Shown here: positions 1-6,695 of the stretch, piece by piece
Layout: each line of letters starts with the position of its first letter
How positions within the stretch are numbered: the stretch's first letter is position 1
Source of the DNA: an uncultured bacterium
GTDB taxonomy: Bacteria > Acidobacteriota > UBA890
Direction: 5' to 3'
Assembly: GCA_965365185.1 (NCBI GenBank)
Contig: CBDUAS010000001.1
Location: forward strand, 1 to 29,628
DNA: 29,628 bases
Program-made: the position numbers and the translations under genes
Notes under the pieces: model-generated
What the model was told of the DNA's origin: nothing
Database searches by the model: none
The model's input: only the letters and a program-made list of their open reading frames with translations

Positions 1-436
1 TCCCCAGCAGGAACTGCCAGCGTACCGTCGAAAGCCCGCCGGCCGGGGGGTGGAAGGCGTAGGCAACGAAGGCGTTCACCACCGGGGCGCCGGCAAAGAC
101 GATCGACATCACCACCGTCGGCGTTCCCTGGGAGCCGAAAGCGAGCAAGACGAAGAACGCTCCGGCGGCGCCGACGGTGCCCGCGATCAGCGACCAGGTC
201 AGACCGCGCACGGGGAAGCTCCACGAAGCTCCGTTGGACCAAAGGATCACCAGCGGCGCCAGCACTGCGGTGAAGAAGTACGCGATGCCGACGAATAGAA
301 ACGCCTTGTAGCGGCCGAGCACGGGATCCGCCATTGCCATCTGTCCCGTGTGGAGGAAGACGCCGTAGCATCCCCACGAGACCACGGTCATCAGCGCGAA
401 GCCCAGCCAAGCCCAACCGGTGCTGCCTGCGGCCAT
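1..436 (-). CDS. Multi-pass membrane protein, EamA/DMT-like (3' end runs off the window; absent from the ORF track)
   Basis: Manual translation from ATG 436: MAAGSTGWAWLGFALMTVVSWGCYGVFLHTGQMAMADPVLGRYKAFLFVGIAYFFTAVLAPLVILW...VVMSIVFAGAPVVNAFV... The frame is open to the edge, has several hydrophobic helices, and has an AAGGAGG Shine-Dalgarno (SD) just upstream. The family call is by resemblance. Confidence 0.75.
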   Translation of the reverse strand, partial: MAAGSTGWAWLGFALMTVVSWGCYGVFLHTGQMAMADPVLGRYKAFLFVGIAYFFTAVLAPLVILWSNGASWSFPVRGLTWSLIAGTVGAAGAFFVLLAFGSQGTPTVVMSIVFAGAPVVNAFVAYAFHPPAGGLSTVRWQFLLG

Positions 437-458
437 CCTGCCCTCCTTGGACACTTCA

Positions 459-501
459 TTGACACGTCGGATTGGTGGAACTTACTGTGACGACAGCGGT
501 C
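459..501 (+). promoter_or_regulatory. Candidate overlapping sigma70 and sigmaE-like promoters for the ankyrin/PQQ-propeller pair
   Basis: TTGACA (459-464)-N18-TACTGT (483-488), overlapped by GGAACTT (477-483)-N15-GTC (499-501). Confidence 0.4.
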
Positions 502-578
502 CGGCAACAGGCCGCGACCGTCCGGCGTGCTGTTTGCGCCCTCGCGAAAGGTCCTCGGAGCAAGCGAACGCGATTGCC

Positions 579-1439
579 ATGAGCCTGGATTCCCGAAGCC
601 TCGCCCGTTCGAGCGGTTTGTTGCTCGTCATCTCTTTCTTGGTTGTGATCATCGCCATCCCAGCGCCTGAAGCCTCCGGATGGCAGGACGAAGATGCCGG
701 TGCTGCCCTGCGGGCGGCGGCGAGTCGCGGCGAGCTGGAGACCGTACGCTCGCTTCTTGCCAGCGGCGTCGACGTCGACGCCGCGAATGAGTACGGTGCC
801 ACACCGCTGATCGTGGCCAGCATACGCGGTCGCGCCGACGTCGTACGCGTCCTGCTCGAGGCCGGCGCCGACCCGGAGCGTGCCGACGATTTCTACGGAC
901 TTTCGCCGCTGGGGTGGGCTACCCAAGGAGGCTTCGAGGACGTCGTCTCGCTGCTGTTCGCCAGCGGCGTCGGCGGTTTCGACACCCTGTTTTCCGCCGC
1001 CGTCGACAGCGGCGACGTCGACCAGGTCGCCAGGCTCCTGCGATTGCACACCCCCGATGCGGACACGCTTTCGACGGCGCTGGAACGGGCGATCGCCGCG
1101 CGCAACGAACCGCTGGCGGAACTTCTCGTCGGCGCCGGGGCGGTACGCCCGCCGCCGGAGATCATCAGCGTCGACGTCGAGGCGCTGCGGCTCTACGAAG
1201 GCAACTACGTCGACGAGGTCGGCTTCGAGCTCTCGGTCATTGCTGATGAGCAAACCCGGGCGCTGCTGGTGCGACCGGCGGGAATGCGCAACCCGCTGAG
1301 GTTCGTTCCCATCGAGCAGACCACGTTCATTGCGGAGCAGAACGAAAGCATTTTCGTGCGATTCACCGTGCGGGATGGTCGCGTGGTGAGCATGTCATTC
1401 ACGCAGGCGGGCGCGACGCGCCGCATGTCGAAGCGATGA
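579..1439 (+). CDS. Secreted ankyrin-repeat protein with C-terminal DUF3471-like beta domain
   Basis: The ATG at 579 gives a signal peptide (MSLDSRSLARSSGLLLVISFLVVIIAIPAPEA). Ankyrin repeats include GATPLIVASIRGRADVVRVLLEAGAD and GLSPLGWATQGGFEDVVSLL. The C-terminal YEGNY...FVPIEQTTF...VRF resembles DUF3471. The start is revised from 420. Confidence 0.8.
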   Translation: MSLDSRSLARSSGLLLVISFLVVIIAIPAPEASGWQDEDAGAALRAAASRGELETVRSLLASGVDVDAANEYGATPLIVASIRGRADVVRVLLEAGADPERADDFYGLSPLGWATQGGFEDVVSLLFASGVGGFDTLFSAAVDSGDVDQVARLLRLHTPDADTLSTALERAIAARNEPLAELLVGAGAVRPPPEIISVDVEALRLYEGNYVDEVGFELSVIADEQTRALLVRPAGMRNPLRFVPIEQTTFIAEQNESIFVRFTVRDGRVVSMSFTQAGATRRMSKR

Positions 1440-2977
1440 AGTCGGCCCGGCGCCCGTCGTTCTCGTCGGCGATCGCTCGTTTCGCCGCGGCGCTTCTGGC
1501 GTTGTTCTCGGCCGCACCGCCGCCGCTTTCCCAGTCCGCGGTTGACGCCCAGGCAGGTGCAGCGGCCGCGAGCTGGCCCTCGTTTCGCGGCCCGGGGGCC
1601 GCGGGCGTCGCCGACGGTCCCGAGCTTCCCGCGACCTTTGACGGTGTCGACGGCACCAACCTCGCGTGGCGCGTCGAGATTCCGGGAATGGCGCACGCGA
1701 GTCCGGTTGTTTGGGGCGACCGTATCTATGTGACCAGTGCCGTCAGCGAGGGCCCCCGCCAGAGGTTCGTCGCCGAGCTCCCGGACTCGCGGGAGTCGGT
1801 CGTCGACCCGACGCCCCATCGCTGGGTTGTCATGGCGCTCGACAGGCTGACCGGGGAGCTGCTGTGGGAAAGGACGGCCGCCGAGGGAATCCCGGCGACC
1901 GGCAGGCTGCGCAAGGGCAGCTTCAATAACTCGACGCCGGCAACCGACGGCTCGTACGTCGTGGCGCTGTTCGGGTCGCAGGGGCTGTTCTGCTACGACG
2001 TCGACGGCAACCTGGTATGGCGCAAGGATCTGGGCATCCTCGACGCCGGTTGGTTCTTCGACCCCGCATTTCAGTGGGGCACCGCGAGCTCGCCGATCAT
2101 CTTCGATGGCAAGGTCATCGTTCAGGCGGACGTCCGCGGAGGCGCGTTCATCGCTGCATTCGACGTCGGCAGCGGAACGGAGCTGTGGCGCACGCCGCGT
2201 GACGAGGTGTCGTCCTGGGCGACGCCGACGATCGTGACCGCCGCGGGTCGATCGGAGATCGTCACCAACGGCGGCCGCGCCGTACGGGCCTATGATCCCG
2301 CCAGCGGGGAGCAGCTCTGGTCGCTGGCGCCGAGCTCGGAGATTGCGGTGCCGACGCCGATCTTCGCGTTTGATCTCGTCTTCGTCGGGTCCGGCTACCT
2401 GCCGACGCAACCGGTGTACGCCGTTCGCCCGGGCGGAAGCGGTGACATCTCATTGGCGGGTGATCGGCGCGCCGGCGGGCAGATCGCTTGGAGCGTGAGC
2501 GATGCCGGTCCGCTGATCGCCACGCCGATCGTCGTGGAGGACTATCTCTACCTGCTTGACCGCGACGGAACGGTTCGCTGCTTCGACGCGGTCACAGGCA
2601 TCCCGATCTTCACGGAGAAGCTCGGCGCTAGCGAGCCGGCCGGCGGGGGCGGCCTCGAGGACCGTACCGATGCCGTGGGAGGAGGCACCGACGAGACCGA
2701 TGCCGGGGCGCAGGGAGAGCAGGCACAGGCGGAGGATGCGTCGCCGCCGGTGACCTACACCGCATCGCCGGTTTCCGCCAATGGCCGGATGTACTTCATC
2801 ACGGACGCTGGCGACGTCCACGTCGTCGATGCCGGGCCGTTCCTGCGGGTCGAAGCGAGCCACCGTATCGGCCTGGCGGCGAACGACCTGGAAGCTCCGG
2901 TCTATGCCACACCGGCGATCGCCGATGGCATGCTGATTGTCCGCGGCCTGCGCCACCTGTTCGCCTTCTCCCGCTGA
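1436..2977 (+). CDS. PQQ-binding-like (BamB-like) beta-propeller repeat protein, secreted
   Basis: Signal peptide, WPSFRGP start motif, and repeated blade motifs (ASPVVWGDRIY, ALDRLTGELLW, AFDVGSGTELW, AYDPASGEQLW, ATPAIADG). ATGA overlap with the ankyrin gene. Confidence 0.85.
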   Translation: MKSARRPSFSSAIARFAAALLALFSAAPPPLSQSAVDAQAGAAAASWPSFRGPGAAGVADGPELPATFDGVDGTNLAWRVEIPGMAHASPVVWGDRIYVTSAVSEGPRQRFVAELPDSRESVVDPTPHRWVVMALDRLTGELLWERTAAEGIPATGRLRKGSFNNSTPATDGSYVVALFGSQGLFCYDVDGNLVWRKDLGILDAGWFFDPAFQWGTASSPIIFDGKVIVQADVRGGAFIAAFDVGSGTELWRTPRDEVSSWATPTIVTAAGRSEIVTNGGRAVRAYDPASGEQLWSLAPSSEIAVPTPIFAFDLVFVGSGYLPTQPVYAVRPGGSGDISLAGDRRAGGQIAWSVSDAGPLIATPIVVEDYLYLLDRDGTVRCFDAVTGIPIFTEKLGASEPAGGGGLEDRTDAVGGGTDETDAGAQGEQAQAEDASPPVTYTASPVSANGRMYFITDAGDVHVVDAGPFLRVEASHRIGLAANDLEAPVYATPAIADGMLIVRGLRHLFAFSR

Positions 2978-2998
2978 CGAACGTACGCCGCTTCCGCG

Positions 2999-3084
2999 CC
3001 ATTCGCGGAATGGTCGCCGGGTGGGCAGAAGGTGGCCGTTCTTGCGTGGCGCTCCGGCGCCGTTCCGGGTCCGCCGCCGGACCC
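2999..3084 (+). terminator. GC hairpins after the PQQ-propeller gene (possible terminator or stabiliser)
   Basis: CCATTC-GCG-GAATGG and GGGTCCG-CCGC-CGGACCC stems. No U-tract follows. Confidence 0.3.
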
Positions 3085-3096
3085 ACCGTCCCCTAG

Positions 3097-3126
3097 CTGG
3101 CAGGCACGGGCCGCCCATGCTAGCGT
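3097..3126 (+). promoter_or_regulatory. Candidate extended -10 promoter for rpsU
   Basis: TG-C-TAGCGT at 3118-3126, with CTGGCA 18 nt upstream of the hexamer. Confidence 0.45.
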
Positions 3127-3130
3127 TTCA

Positions 3131-3212
3131 GGGCGGTCGCACTCGAAGCAGTGCGCATAGCAGCGCTCATTGAAGGACCTGTCAGACAGCCCCGGGTCCT
3201 TTTTTATTGGAG
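3131..3212 (+). promoter_or_regulatory. Structured 5' leader of rpsU with a terminator-like hairpin and U-tract immediately before the SD
   Basis: Hairpin CGCACT/AGTGCG (3138-3155). A 9-bp stem pairs AAGGACCTG with CGGGTCCTT (3173-3201), followed by TTTTTT (3200-3205) and the SD GGAG (3209-3212). Confidence 0.5.
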
Positions 3213-3217
3213 AAAGC

Positions 3218-3424
3218 ATGGTCGAAGTAAGGCTCAAGGAAGGCGATCGTCTGGAATGGGCGATCAAGAAGTTTCGCCGTGAGGTGCAGCGTGCCGGTAT
3301 TCTGCGCGACCTGCGCCGTCGCCGCTTCTACGTGAAGCCGAGCGAGGCGAAGCGTCTGAAAGCCGCCGCCGCCCGCAGGCGCCGGCGCCGCCAGATCCAG
3401 CGCCAGCGCCGCAGCGAGTACTAG
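3218..3424 (+). CDS. rpsU: 30S ribosomal protein S21 (bS21)
   Basis: MVEVRLKEGDRLEWAIKKFRREVQRAGILRDLRRRRFYVKPSEAKRLK... matches the bS21 pattern (V.v...e.le.alk.Fkr.....G.l...r.r..y.KPS..r). The SD GGAG precedes ATG 3218. Confidence 0.93.
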   Translation: MVEVRLKEGDRLEWAIKKFRREVQRAGILRDLRRRRFYVKPSEAKRLKAAAARRRRRRQIQRQRRSEY

Positions 3425-3446
3425 GCTCGGGCCCGGCCAGGCTGGC

Positions 3447-3854
3447 ATGTACTGTCCCGATTGCGGCGCGGAGTATCGGCCCGAGATTCAAGAGTGCGCC
3501 GATTGCGGCGTGATTCTCGTGCCCGCTCTCCCTGCAGGGGACGCGCCCGATCCGGATGCCAAGATCGTGCCCGTCTTCCGCACCACAGACGCGATGGTGT
3601 TGCCGATCGTCACCTCGCTGCTGGACTCCGCCGGAATCGACTATTTCGTGCAGGGGGAGGAGGCCCTCGGCCTGATACCGGTGGGCAGCATGGGGAGTGC
3701 CGTATCGCGGGCCTCGCTCGGGGCGATCGTGCATGTGAATGACGAGGACGCCGAATCGGTGCGCGCCATGCTCGACGAGATCAAGGCAGGCTCCGCCGAG
3801 CTCCGCGAGGATGTGCCGGGCGAATCTGGCGACAGCGACGCGACGTTGCAGTAA
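3447..3854 (+). CDS. DUF2007-family (putative signal-transducing) protein with N-terminal zinc ribbon
   Basis: Begins MYCPDCGAEYRPEIQECADCG (two CxxC), followed by a PII-like segment (IVTSLLDSAGIDYFVQGE...VHVNDEDAESVRAML). Confidence 0.75.
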   Translation: MYCPDCGAEYRPEIQECADCGVILVPALPAGDAPDPDAKIVPVFRTTDAMVLPIVTSLLDSAGIDYFVQGEEALGLIPVGSMGSAVSRASLGAIVHVNDEDAESVRAMLDEIKAGSAELREDVPGESGDSDATLQ

Positions 3855-3899
3855 GCTGCGTCCGGTGCCGGTTTCCGGCCTTCAGCTCGCGAGGAGCCG

Positions 3900-4310
3900 A
3901 TGTCCTACCCCACCGACGGCGGATGCCTGTGCGGCGCGATTCGTTACCGCTTGTCCGCCGCGCCAATGGCCAGCATGCATTGCCACTGCAACAACTGCCG
4001 CAAGGCCAGCGGCGCGGCCATGCTTACCTGGGTCACCGTGGCGGCGGACGCCGTCGAGCTCGTTCGCGGCCAACCGCGACGCTACGGCTACGTGAGTGAA
4101 CACTACGCCGGAGAGGTGGAGCGCTGGTTTTGCGGCTCCTGCGGCTCGCAGCTCGCCTGGCACCAGGTGGGCAGCGACACCATCGACCTGACCGCGGGAA
4201 GCCTCGACGACGCGGACCGCATCGAGCCCGGGCACCACGTATTCGTTCGTAGCCGCGTGCGTTGGCTGCACGGCGTCGATGATCTGCCCGCCTTCGAAAC
4301 GACGTCCTGA
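3900..4310 (+). CDS. GFA / CENP-V family zinc protein
   Basis: GGCLCGAIRY, CHCNNCRK and FCGSCGS motifs. SD GAGGAG. Confidence 0.9.
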   Translation: MSYPTDGGCLCGAIRYRLSAAPMASMHCHCNNCRKASGAAMLTWVTVAADAVELVRGQPRRYGYVSEHYAGEVERWFCGSCGSQLAWHQVGSDTIDLTAGSLDDADRIEPGHHVFVRSRVRWLHGVDDLPAFETTS

Positions 4311-4312
4311 CG

Positions 4313-5245
4313 GTGGGCTCCGTCCTCGAGGTCGTCGCACCCGTCTTCGGGCTGATGATTCTGGGCTTCGTTGCCGCGAGGTGGGGCTGGTTCGACGACC
4401 GGGCAACGCGTGGGCTGGTGGCCTTCGTTTTCAACTTCGCCATCCCGGCGCTGCTTTTTCGTAGCCTCGCCGTCATCGAGCTGCCTGCGCAGATCGAATG
4501 GGGGTTCCTGTTGTCGTTCTACGCTGGGTCGCTGGCCGTTTACGGACTCGGAATGTTCGCGGGCCGCCACGTCTTCGGGCGTCCGGCCGATGCGCAGGCA
4601 ATCTTCGGCATGTCCGCGGGATTCTCGAACACCGTGCTCGTCGGGATCCCGGTGTTGCTCGCCGCGTTTGGCCCGCGGGCGTCGCTGCCGGCGTTTCTCC
4701 TGGTTTCGCTGCAGTCGCCGCTACTGATGCCGTTGACCGTCGCGCTTATCCAGCTCGGACGCGGGCGGTCGTCGGCCCTGGGCCCGCGACTGCGCGCCGC
4801 GACAGGAGACCTCTTGCGCACGCCGATCATCACCAGCGTGCTCGCCGGTTTGGCCGTCAACCTTGCCGGGATGTCGCTGCCCCGACCCGTTGACGGCATC
4901 GCCGCACTTCTGGGAAGCGCGGCCGTCCCATGCGCTCTATTCGCCATGGGCGCATCGCTGGCCGCCTTTCCGCTGCGCGGCGACCTGTCGCCGGCACTGC
5001 TGCTGGTGACGTTCAAGCTCGGGCTGCACCCACTGGTGGTGTGGCTACTGGCGGTCCCGGTGATGGGTCTCGACGGCATCTGGGTCCCGGTGGCGGTGAC
5101 GATGGCGGCCATGCCCAGCGGTATCAACGCCTACCTGTTCGCGGCACGCTACGAAGCGGCGCAGGGGGTCGCTTCGCGCGCCGTATTCATCAGCACCGCG
5201 GCGTCCATCGTGACGATTTCGATCGTGTTGTATCTGTTTCGCTGA
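4313..5245 (+). CDS. AEC (auxin efflux carrier)/MdcF-like transporter
   Basis: About 10 hydrophobic helices with FVFNFAIPALLF, FSNTVLVGIP and AAMPSGINAYLFAARY motifs. Starts 2 nt after the GFA stop. Confidence 0.88.
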   Translation: MGSVLEVVAPVFGLMILGFVAARWGWFDDRATRGLVAFVFNFAIPALLFRSLAVIELPAQIEWGFLLSFYAGSLAVYGLGMFAGRHVFGRPADAQAIFGMSAGFSNTVLVGIPVLLAAFGPRASLPAFLLVSLQSPLLMPLTVALIQLGRGRSSALGPRLRAATGDLLRTPIITSVLAGLAVNLAGMSLPRPVDGIAALLGSAAVPCALFAMGASLAAFPLRGDLSPALLLVTFKLGLHPLVVWLLAVPVMGLDGIWVPVAVTMAAMPSGINAYLFAARYEAAQGVASRAVFISTAASIVTISIVLYLFR

Positions 5246-5313
5246 CAGCGAGCCGGACCCCGCCCCGCCGCAACCTTCCCCCGCACCTTCACGCGAACGG
5301 CAACATCGACGTT

Positions 5314-5390
5314 CCCCCCAACCCGTCGATCTCTCCTCGGCCCGATTCGCCCACCCCCCCTCGTGGGCGCCGCGCTCGGTGCCCGCGTGG
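5314..5390. repeat. Dispersed intergenic repeat, copy 1 (copy 2 at 28125-28203)
   Basis: The first 16 nt (CCCCCCAACCCGTCGA) and last 17 nt (GCTCGGTGCCCGCGTGG) are identical to copy 2, and 24/31 of the intervening aligned block match. Confidence 0.85.
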
Positions 5391-5415
5391 TGAACAGCGT
5401 CCTGAGGGCTGACGG

Positions 5416-6183
5416 TTAGCGGTCGAACGCGGCCAGCACCGGTGCGTGGTCCGACGGCTTTTTGCCCTTGCGCTCGTCGCGGTCGATAAAGGCTTCGGTC
5501 GAGGTGTCGGCGAGCGCCGGGGTCGCCAGGATGTGGTCGATTCTCAGGCCGTTGTTCTTCGGAAACGCGAGCATGCGGTAGTCCCACCACGAATAGGTGC
5601 CGCCCTCTTCGTGGTGCCGCCGGAACGTGTCGACCAGGCCGAGGTCGAGCAGGCGTTGGAAGCGTGCCGTCAGGTCCTCGTTGAAGAGCACGCCACCCTC
5701 CCATGCTTCCTGCTTTTCAACGTCACGGACATCGGGGGCGATGTTGTAGTCGCCACAGATCGCCAGTGGCGCGCCCAGATCCTGCCTTTCCACGAAGCTC
5801 TCGAGGCGATCGAGCCACTCCAGCTTCAGGGCGTACTTGTCGGAGTCGATGCGCTTGCCGTTGACGACGTACACGGAAACGATGCGGGCGCCCTGTACGG
5901 TGCCGCTGATGATACGTGCCTCCCCCTCCTCCCCGCCATCATCGAAACCGCGGACGACGTCTTCGATCTCACCCTTCGCGAGGATCGCGACGCCGTTGTA
6001 GGTCTTCTGGCCATGCACCGCGGCGTGATACCCGGCTGCCTCGACGGCCGCCCACGGGAACTGTTCGTCCGTACACTTGAGCTCCTGCAGGCAAACAACG
6101 TCCGGGTCGCGGCGCTCCAGCCAGGCGAGCAGGCGCTCTTCGCGAGCGCGAATCGAGTTGATGTTCCAGGTGGCCACGAGCAT
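5416..6183 (-). CDS. xth: Exodeoxyribonuclease III / AP endonuclease
   Basis: MLVATWNINSIR, LQELK, YNGVAIL, GDYNIAP, YSWWDYR, GLRIDHIL and SDHAP catalytic motifs. The start is revised to ATG 6183. Confidence 0.95.
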   Translation of the reverse strand: MLVATWNINSIRAREERLLAWLERRDPDVVCLQELKCTDEQFPWAAVEAAGYHAAVHGQKTYNGVAILAKGEIEDVVRGFDDGGEEGEARIISGTVQGARIVSVYVVNGKRIDSDKYALKLEWLDRLESFVERQDLGAPLAICGDYNIAPDVRDVEKQEAWEGGVLFNEDLTARFQRLLDLGLVDTFRRHHEEGGTYSWWDYRMLAFPKNNGLRIDHILATPALADTSTEAFIDRDERKGKKPSDHAPVLAAFDR

Positions 6184-6218
6184 GCCGCGATTCTGTGACG
6201 GGTGCGCTCCACACGCAA
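6184..6218 (-). promoter_or_regulatory. Candidate leaderless promoter of xth
   Basis: TTGCGT-N17-CAGAAT-N6-ATG on the minus strand, with no SD. Confidence 0.5.
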
Positions 6219-6386
6219 ACACAGGGGGCCGGCGCCGTTTACGGATCGTGAGCCGGGGCCTCGGAGGACCCCCTGGGCGGGGATTCTTGGCGAAGTTCCA
6301 TTGTCGGCCGGCGGAAGAGACCGCCACCGGCGTGCGAGAATAGGGACGCAATCGATGTGCCGTCCGCGACCGTCAGGAGGCTTCAA

Positions 6387-6617
6387 GTGTCGAAATCCAT
6401 CCGCAACACGACAGCCGGAGCCGTGAAGGTACCGCTGCCGCACGGCAAAGCGCTCCATCTGGGGCCGCACCAAACGGGTCAGATCTCGCATCATCACCTC
6501 GATCACCCGCCGCTCAAGAAGCTCATTGACGCCGGCACCGTCGAGGTCACGGACGCAGACGAGAACGAGGCCGTCCCGGCCCACGGCCGTCGCGGCGAGG
6601 TGCCGTTCGAGGGGTGA
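6387..6617 (+). CDS. Small His-rich hypothetical protein (76 aa)
   Basis: A strong SD (AGGAGG) lies 6 nt before GTG 6387. The sequence is SKSIRNTTAGAVKVPLPHGKALHLGPHQTGQISHHHLDHPPLKKLIDAGTVEV..., and it fills the gap divergent from xth. Confidence 0.65.
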   Translation: MSKSIRNTTAGAVKVPLPHGKALHLGPHQTGQISHHHLDHPPLKKLIDAGTVEVTDADENEAVPAHGRRGEVPFEG

Positions 6618-6695
6618 GAAGCGGTCGGTGGGCCGCCCGCCTCGGCCCTGTGGCCGCGGTGACGGCCCGCTTCCTCTCCTGCGCGGAACGCCGCG

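Noticed and set aside
50-298. 82-aa plus-strand ORF
   Set aside because: It is the antisense shadow of the minus-strand membrane protein gene (1-436), which has a strong SD and coherent TM helices.
1436-2977. True PQQ-dependent dehydrogenase
   Set aside because: No vicinal Cys-Cys, cytochrome c domain or pqq genes were seen. The pattern fits non-catalytic BamB-like propellers.
5314-5390. Repeat as a conserved short peptide (GGVGESGRGEIDGLGG vs GGLAEWGRGEVDGLGG on the minus strand)
   Set aside because: A 2-nt indel breaks the frame between the conserved blocks and there is no shared start or SD. The coding signal is too weak.
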